Sequence record: SRR20825010_1489
DNA: 35,320 nt
Reading direction: 5' to 3' (one strand)
Below, piece after piece: positions 27,246-35,320 of this stretch. Position 1 is the stretch's first letter. The number at the start of each line of letters is the position of its first letter. A program made the position numbers and the translations under genes. Under the pieces are notes generated by a model. It saw only the letters and a program-made list of their open reading frames with translations. It did no database searches and was not told where the DNA came from.

Positions 27246-28199
27246 TTAAAAAGCACTTGGTTTTAGGTTTAAACCTAGTTTTTCAGGAAAGCCAAACATC
27301 AAATTCATGTTCTGTACGGCCTGACCACTAGCACCTTTTAGTAGGTTATCTATGGCAGAATGAATCACCAAATAGCTGCCATGTTTTTCAAGATGAAGCA
27401 CACATTTATTGGTATTCACCACTTGCTTCACATCAATGGCCACATCGCTTACCCAAGTAAACGGATGGCCTTCATAATATTCTTTATACACCTGAATGGC
27501 TTCTTCCAAAGGCCACTCGCAATGCTGATATGCCGTCACAAAAATGCCTCTGGTGAAGTTTCCTCTATAGGGCACAAAATTGATCGGTTTATCGAACCAA
27601 GGCTGAAGCTGTTGAAGGCTTTTCCCTGTCTCCTCCATGTGTTGGTGGGTGAAGACTTTGTAAGTTGAAACATTGCTATCGCGCCAGCTAAAATGGGTAC
27701 TGGTTGAAGGTTGAACTCCTGCCCCAGTTGAACCCGTCATGCCTGAAAGATGTACTTCTCTCAACATTCCGTTATAGGCCAATGGCAACAATGCCAACTG
27801 AATGGCAGTAGCAAAACAGCCTGGATTCGCCAAGAAACGGGCCTTTTTAATTTCGTCACGATTGAGTTCTGGTAAGCCATAAACAGCCTCGTTACTCATT
27901 CTGAAATCATGGCTCAAGTCAATGATCTTGACAGTGTCTGGCACTTGATTCTCCTTCATAAACTCTGAAGAAGCACCATGTCCCATGCAAAGAAAAAGCA
28001 GGTCAATATCGAAATGGATCTGATCCGTAAAGTTCAGTTCGCTGTCTCCCAAAAGATCGGTATGCACATTGTGAATTGGCAAACCTACCTGACTTCGGCT
28101 ATGCGCAAAACTGACCTCCACCTCAGGATGATGAATCAGTAAACGCAGTAATTCACCTCCGGTGTAGCCTGCTGCTCCAACTATTCCTGCTCTAATCAT
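27246..28199 (-). CDS. argC: N-acetyl-gamma-glutamyl-phosphate reductase
   Basis: 'GAAGYTGGEL', 'YGLPE', 'ANPGCFAT', 'IDNLLKGASGQA.QNMN'. Confidence 0.96.
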   Translation of the reverse strand: MIRAGIVGAAGYTGGELLRLLIHHPEVEVSFAHSRSQVGLPIHNVHTDLLGDSELNFTDQIHFDIDLLFLCMGHGASSEFMKENQVPDTVKIIDLSHDFRMSNEAVYGLPELNRDEIKKARFLANPGCFATAIQLALLPLAYNGMLREVHLSGMTGSTGAGVQPSTSTHFSWRDSNVSTYKVFTHQHMEETGKSLQQLQPWFDKPINFVPYRGNFTRGIFVTAYQHCEWPLEEAIQVYKEYYEGHPFTWVSDVAIDVKQVVNTNKCVLHLEKHGSYLVIHSAIDNLLKGASGQAVQNMNLMFGFPEKLGLNLKPSAF

Positions 28200-29394
28200 T
28201 TTCTTGATTTACTTGGTGGTAAATGGCACTTTGGTTACCGAAAATCTTCGCGAAGCCTTTAACGTCATCGCCCGTCCAAGCATTGTTCATTTCACCATAG
28301 TTGCCAAACTTGGCCGACATTAAATCATGCTCAGATTCAATTCCAATCAGTTGATAGCGGTAAGGCAAAAGCTTGAAAAAGGCTTTGCCCGTCACAAATT
28401 TCTGACTGCTTTGCATCATGGTTTCTAAATCACGCATAACAGGATCCATAAACTGACCTTCATGCAGCCAGTTGCCATAAAAAGCTGCTACTTGGTCTTT
28501 CCAGTAAATTTGCCATTTGGTCAAAATATGTTTCTCTAAAGCCTGATGCCCTTTGATGGTAAGGATGGCAGCCGAAGCTTCAAAACCAACCCTTCCTTTG
28601 ATTCCAATAATGGTATCACCCACATGGATATCGCGCCCAATGCCAAATGGTGCTGCTATTTTCTCCAAAACCTGAATGGCTTCATATGAATGCTCGAACT
28701 CCTTCCCATTAATTGACTTCAACTCGCCTTTTTCAAAACCAAGCTCCAAGTCCTCTCCAACGGTTTTCGTTACTTGAGTCGGCCAAGCTTCTTCTGGTAA
28801 ATAACCTTTAGAAGTCAAGGTTTCCTTTCCTCCTATCGAAGTTCCCCACAGACCTTTATTAATAGAATAAGCAGATTTCGAAAAGTCCATATCTACACCT
28901 TTCGATTGTAAATAGGCGATTTCCTCTTCTCTCGAAAGCCTCATATCTCGAATAGGAGTGATGATCTCCGCATCGGGCAGATAGGTTTGGAAAATCATAT
29001 CGAAACGCACTTGGTCGTTTCCAGCCCCAGTGCTTCCGTGCGCTATATATTCTGGGTTAAGCGTTTTGGCGTATTTCGCAATCGCCATTGCCTGGCTTAC
29101 CCTTTCAGCACTTACAGAAAGTGGATAAGTGCTGTTCTTCAGCACGTTGCCAAAAATCAAGTACTTGATGACGCTTGAATAATAGTTAGAAGTCTCTTCA
29201 ATCGTTTTGTGGCTGGTTACGCCCATTGCATAGGCACGCTTTTCAACTTCGTCTAGTTCCTTCTGAGAAAAACCGCCCGTATTCACCAATACAGAATGAA
29301 TTTCTAAGCCACGTTCTTCACTCAAATATTTTACACAATAAGAGGTATCGAGCCCTCCACTATAGGCTAAAACTACTTTCTTCTTATTCATCAT
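28192..29394 (-). CDS. argG: Argininosuccinate synthase
   Basis: 'VLAYSGGLDTS', 'HGSTGAGNDQVRF'. Confidence 0.96.
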   Translation of the reverse strand: MMNKKKVVLAYSGGLDTSYCVKYLSEERGLEIHSVLVNTGGFSQKELDEVEKRAYAMGVTSHKTIEETSNYYSSVIKYLIFGNVLKNSTYPLSVSAERVSQAMAIAKYAKTLNPEYIAHGSTGAGNDQVRFDMIFQTYLPDAEIITPIRDMRLSREEEIAYLQSKGVDMDFSKSAYSINKGLWGTSIGGKETLTSKGYLPEEAWPTQVTKTVGEDLELGFEKGELKSINGKEFEHSYEAIQVLEKIAAPFGIGRDIHVGDTIIGIKGRVGFEASAAILTIKGHQALEKHILTKWQIYWKDQVAAFYGNWLHEGQFMDPVMRDLETMMQSSQKFVTGKAFFKLLPYRYQLIGIESEHDLMSAKFGNYGEMNNAWTGDDVKGFAKIFGNQSAIYHQVNQEND

Positions 29395-30064
29395 TTTTCT
29401 TTCTTTTGGCCTCAGCCTTCAACAAAATATTCTTCTTAAAATTTACCCAACGCTCAAACAAACTGAAGTCTTTATCCAACTCGCGTTCAACCCATTGCGT
29501 TCTCTTAGGCTTTACGTTCTTCTCCCATTCTGGATTGAACAGCATGGCAGTACAAATACAATTTGACCTGTTTTTAGACTTTAGTATCTCATAATTCACA
29601 CAGCTTTGACAGCCTTTCCAGAAATCCTCGTCTTGGGTCAATTCAGAATACACCACGGGTTTATAACCCAATTCGGAGTTGATTTTTAGCACCGCTGCAC
29701 CTGTAGTAAGCCCGAAGATTTTTGCTGTTGGGTACTTCTTTCTTGACAGTCTAAATATTGCCGCCTTAATACGTTTTGACAAACCTAATCCACGAAATTG
29801 GTGAGAAACAATGAGTCCCGAATTGGCCACGAATTTCTCATGACTCCACACTTCTATGTAGCAGAAACCTGCCCATTCGCCTGATTCGGTTACCGCCACA
29901 ACGGCCTTACCTTCTCGTATTTTTAGCGATACGTATTCGGGGGTTCTTCGCGCAATTCCAGTCCCTCTAATTTTGGCTGAATTAGCAATTTCTTCTATAA
30001 TATCGTCTGTAAAGCGGGTATCTTCTTCTGTCGCTACCCTAATTATGAACTTTGTTGATTCCAT
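29384..30064 (-). CDS. GNAT acyltransferase, Bacteroidota ArgA-equivalent (glutamate N-acyltransferase)
   Basis: 'RGTGIARR', 'ANSGLIV...FRGLGL', 'FGLTTG.AV.KINS.LGY.PV', 'CQSC...CIC'; first gene of the arg operon, overlapping argG. Alternative GTG start at 30070. Confidence 0.85.
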   Translation of the reverse strand: MESTKFIIRVATEEDTRFTDDIIEEIANSAKIRGTGIARRTPEYVSLKIREGKAVVAVTESGEWAGFCYIEVWSHEKFVANSGLIVSHQFRGLGLSKRIKAAIFRLSRKKYPTAKIFGLTTGAAVLKINSELGYKPVVYSELTQDEDFWKGCQSCVNYEILKSKNRSNCICTAMLFNPEWEKNVKPKRTQWVERELDKDFSLFERWVNFKKNILLKAEAKRKKNDE

Positions 30065-30169
30065 TTTCACTGTAATTCTGGATCGAGAAAACGACTTAAT
30101 GTTTTCAGAAATCCCAAAAGGAAATATGATTTAAAATTTAGAAAAGAATATAGGTAATATTGGGGACTT

Positions 30170-30213
30170 GACTACCGCATAGGTAGTCTATATATATGAG
30201 GCGACTAGCGCCT
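30170..30213 (-). promoter_or_regulatory. Candidate attenuator hairpins upstream of the arg operon
   Basis: Minus strand AGGCG-CTAGT-CGCCT (30213-30199) and GACTACC-TATGC-GGTAGTC (30188-30170), with alternative TAGTC/GACTA pairing between them. Confidence 0.55.
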
Positions 30214-30297
30214 AAAAAACTTAGGTGTATACACAGCAACCTCAGACACAGGGAGTGTCATGTTTATGGTTGATGATATGTTCGCTTTGTTCTTCAT
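30205..30297 (-). CDS. Putative leader peptide MKNKANISSTINMTLPVSEVAVYTPKFFRR (30 aa)
   Basis: ATG 14 nt downstream of the -7-like box TTCCTTTG (30312-30319); its only Arg codons are the final AGG CGC before TAG. Confidence 0.6.
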   Translation of the reverse strand: MKNKANISSTINMTLPVSEVAVYTPKFFRR

Positions 30298-30395
30298 TCT
30301 GAAATGAGGGACAAAGGAAATCAAAAGTTTGGTAGGAACAACGGTTTTATTCAGGAATTTTAAAAACCTGACAAAAATGATTCGAAACAAACTAT

Positions 30396-31004
30396 TTACG
30401 CACTCAATTTACCGTAACCCGCTGGTGGTCTGCGATATGCATAATAGCTCATTACCACTTCAATTGCTTGGCGAATTGCTTTGTTGATAGGCATCATTTT
30501 AGTGCCTAGCTCTGTATCGATACTGCGGAGCCTAAAATAATAGTCACTCATCATTGGGGCAGGAATACCGTCTTCTATGTCTTTCTCAATTTTAGCAATC
30601 GTATCTGCCTGCCCTGCTTTCATTAGTTTACAGGTAATGAACTGAGCCTTCCCGTTTTTATCGCGTGTGGCCGAATAACCAAAAAGGCGACAGATTAGAC
30701 CACGGTAGACGTATTGTGAGCAACCTCCTTTGTCTAGAGAGTCTTTCACAGGGTTGAACAGCGTACACATTGAACTTTCATTCGTCAACAAATTCTGATA
30801 AAATTCATCAATTCGCTTGGTCAGAAAAAGGTGAAAAGCATATGGAAGAAACTCTAATGGAGTTGCCTCTATATCGGCCTTGAAGCAGCATTTACCACAG
30901 CCAGAAACACAATGAAGCCCACTATTATCGCGCAGGGTGTTCATTTCTTGCTCAAGGGCGGCAAAAATCTTTTCTACCGATTTTACTTTTCTGACGATTG
31001 ACAT
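30396..31004 (-). CDS. YkgJ family cysteine-cluster protein
   Basis: 'CVSGCGKCC', 'MCTLF', 'CSQYVYRGLICRLFG'; TACCTTCG box at 31013-31020. Confidence 0.88.
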   Translation of the reverse strand: MSIVRKVKSVEKIFAALEQEMNTLRDNSGLHCVSGCGKCCFKADIEATPLEFLPYAFHLFLTKRIDEFYQNLLTNESSMCTLFNPVKDSLDKGGCSQYVYRGLICRLFGYSATRDKNGKAQFITCKLMKAGQADTIAKIEKDIEDGIPAPMMSDYYFRLRSIDTELGTKMMPINKAIRQAIEVVMSYYAYRRPPAGYGKLSA

Positions 31005-31115
31005 AAGGGCTGCGAAGGTAGTGGAGAAAACCTTCGCTTTAACATTGGCTATAAGATTTACTTTTGATGCTTTATACTCTAAAAACCAATAGTTTACACC
31101 AAAAGTAATGGTAAA

Positions 31116-31829
31116 TTATAGTTTAGTGAAGCTCACTTGTGATCTGACAGGCAGCTTATCTTCTTCCAAGCTCAAGTAGGCAACTCCTGAAAGTGTTTTT
31201 CCACTCCCTTTTTCAATGTAGATCATGCCAAAACCGGAAGTAAGTATTTCTGAAGAAAACTCGATGGCCCAGTAATTACCCAATTCATGTATGTAAAACT
31301 CACGCTCTTCTCGTTTGCCATTATCCCAAATAAAGAGTTGGTTATTGGCCCTGAATTCAAAAGTTTTATTCTGGAAGAAACCAGAGTTTCCGTTGCCTTT
31401 CCAGGAAGTGTTTGACAGCTCTACTGGTGCGGCTTCGGGGAAATAATTCGCAAAGAAGTATTCCGTAGTAGGGTTATCATCAATGGTAGATTTCAGCACC
31501 AGCATTCCTTCTTTATTGATGCCTCCATAAAGTGTGTCTTGTGGTGATTCAAACCTCACCTTGCCTCCAATATTTACCACTGTCCAGCTTTCTTTCACAT
31601 CTGAGTAAAAACTCTCTGCCTTAGTATCAGATAAAACCGTCAAGAGCATTAGGCCTGGTTCAACAAATGCTTTTTCATCACTAGCACCGTCCTCACTATA
31701 TTTCAATTCTCCCATCTCCATTTCTGGTGGAATAGCCTTGATATAGGCCAAAAGCCAATTTCCTTTTAGATTTTGAGCGCTAAGAGAAGTCGAAAAAACA
31801 ATTAGAAATAAGAATAGTAAAATACGCAT
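31116..31829 (-). CDS. Secreted hypothetical protein
   Basis: Signal peptide ending LSA-Q; two lipocalin-like starts ('LKGNWLL', 'LSNTSWK'). Confidence 0.75.
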   Translation of the reverse strand: MRILLFLFLIVFSTSLSAQNLKGNWLLAYIKAIPPEMEMGELKYSEDGASDEKAFVEPGLMLLTVLSDTKAESFYSDVKESWTVVNIGGKVRFESPQDTLYGGINKEGMLVLKSTIDDNPTTEYFFANYFPEAAPVELSNTSWKGNGNSGFFQNKTFEFRANNQLFIWDNGKREEREFYIHELGNYWAIEFSSEILTSGFGMIYIEKGSGKTLSGVAYLSLEEDKLPVRSQVSFTKL

Positions 31830-31853
31830 GCCCGAATATACGGTAAAAAGACA

Positions 31854-32624
31854 TTAGCGGTCGAGCCACTTTTTAAAATCTTGCACCTTGTCTCGACTTA
31901 CAATCGCATCGGTTTCATCGGTATGAATTAAAATGAGTCGGAGACGTGAATTGGAATAGGTAATAATATCCTTTACCGCATCTAGTGAAACCAAATATTT
32001 ACGGTTAATGCGGAAGAATTTCTGAGGGTCTACCAACTGCTCCACTTGCTCCATGGTATAGTCAATAATGTAGCGGTTCTTCTCTTTGGTTTGAAGGTAG
32101 GTCGCCTTTTCTTGGCTAAAAAAGTAAGCAGTTTCTGCGGTTGGAAGGGTATGAATATGCTCACCAATTTTAACTACAAATCGTTCTTTATATTGCTTTG
32201 TAAGCATTTGCATGGCTTGCTGAATCAGCATCATATCCATTGCAGGTTTTTCCTCAGCTACACTTGACTTGAACCGAGCTTCGTATTTATCTATGGCTGT
32301 TTCTAAATCCTCTGGGGCGATGGGCTTCAGTAAATAATCGATGCTATTTACTTTAAAAGCTTGAATAGCATATTCGTCAAATGCAGTGGTGAAAATAATA
32401 GGAGCAGACACCTCAACCTGCTCTAAAATCTCGAAACTGAGTCCATCGGCCAGTTGGATATCGAAGAACAGAAGGTCGGGTTGTTGGTTTTCCTGCAGCC
32501 AGTTGGTCGCTCGTTTTACCGAATCTAGTTTGGCCAGAATTTCAATTTCCGGATTAATATTTTCTAACAGCGTCACCAATCTTTTGGCCGCCATGGATTC
32601 ATCTTCAACAATCAGTACTTTCAT
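31854..32624 (-). CDS. LytTR family response regulator
   Basis: REC domain ('IVEDE', 'FFDIQLADG', 'FTTAFDEYA', 'DYLLKP') plus LytTR 'FFRINRKYLV'. Confidence 0.96.
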   Translation of the reverse strand: MKVLIVEDESMAAKRLVTLLENINPEIEILAKLDSVKRATNWLQENQQPDLLFFDIQLADGLSFEILEQVEVSAPIIFTTAFDEYAIQAFKVNSIDYLLKPIAPEDLETAIDKYEARFKSSVAEEKPAMDMMLIQQAMQMLTKQYKERFVVKIGEHIHTLPTAETAYFFSQEKATYLQTKEKNRYIIDYTMEQVEQLVDPQKFFRINRKYLVSLDAVKDIITYSNSRLRLILIHTDETDAIVSRDKVQDFKKWLDR

Positions 32625-33649
32625 TTTTCAAAGGCTAATAATGGAAGTTTCACAAAAAAATCGCTCGGCCCATCAATCACCTCCACCGATATTGGGCTTA
32701 GGAATTCATACCTTGCTTTAATATTTGACAGCCCCATTCCTGAGCTCTCTTCCATTGGAATATTCTTTTTCTGAAGGTTATTTCGGATCACTAACTTTTC
32801 TCCCTTTTCAATTTCAATATGAATGGTAAGCGGCTCTTCTTCTGCAATTACATTGTGCTTTATGGCATTCTCTAAAAGCATTTGAATGGCCATAGGTGGC
32901 AACATTTTCTGTTCAAAGCCTTTGATATTTATATTGAGTTGGAGCTTTTCGTCAAACCTTATTTTCTGCAAAAAGAGGTAAGAGTTAACAAACTCCATTT
33001 CGGTTTTAAGGCTCACCACTTCTTGCGAACGTGTATCTAAAACATAGCGATACACTTTTGAAAGTTCCCGAATAAACTTGGCTGCTTGATCCTGATCTTC
33101 ATACACCAAATTGGTAAGCGCATTCAAACTGTTGAATAAAAAGTGGGGGTTGACCTGATTTTTCAGCGTTTCATATTTGGCCTCCATTTGTTCCTTTTTC
33201 AACCTTTCAGCATCTAAGCTGGCTTTCTTCCAGTTCTTCAAAAACTCAACTGAATTCACGAAAAATGAAATCACAAAGGTAATTCCAACAGAGATCAGTA
33301 GTGTCCATTTAATATCCCCCATGTCGATATCGAAACCATATTTCAGTACCAAAAACAGACTATAAACCGCCAAAGGTGTATAAACAATCACCCCAATTAC
33401 TCCCCAAATAAATCGTTTAGCAGGATTTTCCAACCAAGGAATCTTATAGGATAGATACATTGAAACATGTGCATTACCCTGCCAAAGTAAAATCCACTGT
33501 ATAGCGGAAACAGTCATGGCACTCAGCGCAACTTCCCATGTATTGAAGCAGGTATTACACCAAAAATAAACTGAAGGTCCACCAATCAACGCGATGAGCG
33601 CAGTTTCCTTCAGCTCCCTTTTCCATTTAAGCGTTTTGAGATATCCCAT
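32621..33649 (-). CDS. LytS/YehU family sensor histidine kinase
   Basis: Four hydrophobic segments; 'LKNQVNPHFLFNSLN', 'LLENAIKHN', 'GMGLSNI'; overlaps the regulator start. Confidence 0.95.
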   Translation of the reverse strand: MGYLKTLKWKRELKETALIALIGGPSVYFWCNTCFNTWEVALSAMTVSAIQWILLWQGNAHVSMYLSYKIPWLENPAKRFIWGVIGVIVYTPLAVYSLFLVLKYGFDIDMGDIKWTLLISVGITFVISFFVNSVEFLKNWKKASLDAERLKKEQMEAKYETLKNQVNPHFLFNSLNALTNLVYEDQDQAAKFIRELSKVYRYVLDTRSQEVVSLKTEMEFVNSYLFLQKIRFDEKLQLNINIKGFEQKMLPPMAIQMLLENAIKHNVIAEEEPLTIHIEIEKGEKLVIRNNLQKKNIPMEESSGMGLSNIKARYEFLSPISVEVIDGPSDFFVKLPLLAFEK

Positions 33650-33668
33650 TTAGGCTAAAATACTGATT

Positions 33669-34358
33669 TTATACTTTCTTTATGCTGGTATATTTACCAA
33701 CACCGAATTGTTTTCTGTAACGGTTAGCATGATAGGCAATTAATGGAGAACCAAGAGCGGCTGGCAAAACCCAAAGTATCCAGCCCATATTGCCCAAGGC
33801 AGCAAACAAAGCTCCATTCTGAACCAGAAAAGCTGTAATGCTGGCTATAAAAGCACCTCCCATTAAATTCATGTGAGCAAACCACCACCACATTTTATCG
33901 GGCCTGGTATTTCTAAACCCTTTGATGTTGAGCCAAGCTGTATTAGCAGTAAAAAAGCCGAAAATCAAGGATAAGTAACCAATGGTTGACGAAAAGTTGC
34001 TCAAAATCAAATAGCGTACACCAACTCCAAAAAGACTTAGACCAAAAGCGATGGCGACAAAAGCGGCAATCCAATCTACTGGTAATGGCTTAAGCGTCTT
34101 CTTCAGTTTTAATACTCGTTGGCCTGCAAACGTCATGTAAAAACTAAAGACGGCAATAATGGTAAGGAAAAAGTTGAACCTCACGAAAGATACAATCAGG
34201 ATGGCGCTAACGAAAATCCATGCCATTGACCAAAAGAAAATCTTTCCGGCAGCGCGGTGAATCTTGCCTCCTTTTCTTCCAAAGAAAGCAGCCAGAATAC
34301 CTGAAAGCAAAGTGGTGACTCCTGCGGTTACGTGAGATATAATGAGTACTTTTTCCAT
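33669..34358 (-). CDS. Integral membrane protein (DUF2306-like)
   Basis: Multiple TM helices; 'KGGKIHRAAGKIF', 'WWFAHMNLMGGAFIASITAF'. Confidence 0.8.
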   Translation of the reverse strand: MEKVLIISHVTAGVTTLLSGILAAFFGRKGGKIHRAAGKIFFWSMAWIFVSAILIVSFVRFNFFLTIIAVFSFYMTFAGQRVLKLKKTLKPLPVDWIAAFVAIAFGLSLFGVGVRYLILSNFSSTIGYLSLIFGFFTANTAWLNIKGFRNTRPDKMWWWFAHMNLMGGAFIASITAFLVQNGALFAALGNMGWILWVLPAALGSPLIAYHANRYRKQFGVGKYTSIKKV

Positions 34359-34381
34359 GATCGAATTCTTTAATGTACAAT

Positions 34382-34412
34382 AAAAAATGAAGGGCTCGAT
34401 TAATACGAGCCC
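34382..34412 (-). terminator. Intrinsic terminator/hairpin after the secreted helical protein gene
   Basis: GGGCTCG (34392-34398) / CGAGCCC (34406-34412); minus strand continues TTCATTTTTT. Confidence 0.7.
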
Positions 34413-34419
34413 CAGTTAG

Positions 34420-35064
34420 TTACTTTCCGCAACCAGCCATTAATTGCTCGGCCATTTCTATCCCCCAAGTTGGCTCAAAGCTTTTTCCTTTTTCTTCCGC
34501 GTTGAATAAAGGGATGCTTTTCTGCACCAAACCACAAGCTCCAGCGGTAGATGACCCAAAGAATTGAGCTGTTCCGTATTGCATTTGCGCCATCAAGGCC
34601 ATTGCACGTGGATTTTTAGGGTCTAACTGCATGGCATGTCCGAAAGACTGTGACGCCAAACCTGATAACGATTGACCTCTTGAGGCGGGGTCTGCTGCTA
34701 ATTGTGACATGAAATAAAAGCCTTCTAAAGCTACTACTTCACTATTGTTCGGGACAAGGCTTTTCGCTTTCTCAACAAATGGTTTGGCTTTGTCTAAAAG
34801 TTCGTCTTTGGCCTTTACTCCTTCTGCTAATAAAGAGGCGTTGATATAGCTTAATGCAGCATAATATTGCGGATGCCATTGGTCAGTAGCATTGGCAGCG
34901 ATGCGTTCAAATTGTCCAGCAGAGGCTTGTAGGTTTTCTACATTGCGTTCAGCTCCCATCGACTGTAAGCCTTTCACCATGGCATTCATATAAGCCTCTT
35001 GGTTTTGAGCATTTAAGGTGAAATTTGTGATAAAAAGTGCGATTAAGATGGTTAACTTTTTCAT
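34420..35064 (-). CDS. Secreted TPR-like helical protein
   Basis: Signal peptide ending LNA-Q; 'FERIA......W.PQYYAA', 'A.QLDPKNPRA', 'P.WG'. Confidence 0.8.
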   Translation of the reverse strand: MKKLTILIALFITNFTLNAQNQEAYMNAMVKGLQSMGAERNVENLQASAGQFERIAANATDQWHPQYYAALSYINASLLAEGVKAKDELLDKAKPFVEKAKSLVPNNSEVVALEGFYFMSQLAADPASRGQSLSGLASQSFGHAMQLDPKNPRAMALMAQMQYGTAQFFGSSTAGACGLVQKSIPLFNAEEKGKSFEPTWGIEMAEQLMAGCGK

Positions 35065-35149
35065 AGTATGTTTTTTTAAATTTTTGAGTTCGTTTTATAA
35101 TGATGATACTAAGGTGCAGTGAAATCGCTGGCTTAGAAAAAAAGTATTA

Positions 35150-35180
35150 CCGAACCGTAGAATCTTCAGGATGAACCGTA
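35150..35180 (-). promoter_or_regulatory. Paired LytTR-type operator boxes
   Basis: GAACCGTA at 35152-35159 and 35173-35180 (21-bp period); minus strand ACGGTTCAT-N12-ACGGTTCGG. Confidence 0.7.
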
Positions 35181-35320
35181 AGGAAGTAAATTTCAAAGGG
35201 CCAAAACTCAAATTTCAAAGGGATTTTATCCAGTTCAGTAGTAAAAGCTGGTACCAGAGGATTAAAGTAATAACTCTATTGATATTAAACGCCAATCCTC
35301 CCAACCTCCTTCTCCAAGGA

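Noticed and set aside
30298-30390. N-terminal extension of the 61-aa track ORF upstream of the arg operon
   Set aside because: Non-ATG start spanning the probable promoter; the 30-aa form from ATG 30297 fits better.
30396-30440. 'RRPP' near the YkgJ C-terminus as a ribosome-arrest motif
   Set aside because: Only resembles RAPP-type motifs, and a separate promoter-like box lies between it and the arg leader.
2260-33365. Many 60-135 aa antisense or alternate-frame ORFs in the track
   Set aside because: They lie within well-supported genes and have no motifs; treated as shadow ORFs.
35285-35320. 3' end of a minus-strand CDS or a C-rich repeat at the right edge
   Set aside because: Truncated by the window; the two readings cannot be distinguished.

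Overview
Bacterial chromosomal window with Bacteroidota signatures (recurrent TAnnTTTG -7 promoter boxes, Bacteroidota-type arg operon, TPR-PD40-OmpA protein); Cytophagales is my inference. Mostly housekeeping and accessory genes: an AT-rich left end with a HEPN-like gene and a small orphan; a minus-strand run of lepA, four-helix-bundle gene, folD, queE, OmpA-family gene, saccharopine-dehydrogenase-like gene, deoC and acyP; DUF4924-like, SDR, SulP and rlmD genes; an IorAB-type molybdoenzyme with AraC and aldo/keto reductase; cold-shock and SixA genes; a GNAT-argG-argC-argD-argF'-argB-argE operon with no argH; and a LytS/LytTR module. No rRNA, tRNA, CRISPR array, integrase or transposase was recognised. 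The best unexplained signals are (1) a 30-aa leader ORF ending Arg-Arg-stop with mutually exclusive hairpins ahead of the arg operon (candidate arginine attenuator); (2) a four-helix-bundle (IVS-protein family) gene precisely bracketed by inverted 7-bp-period repeats, plus an ORF-less element of similar design at 10040-10367; (3) attC-like and palindromic boundaries around the HEPN-like gene; (4) paired LytTR boxes upstream of the LytTR module. All calls come from reading the sequence by eye; no searches or folding programs were run.
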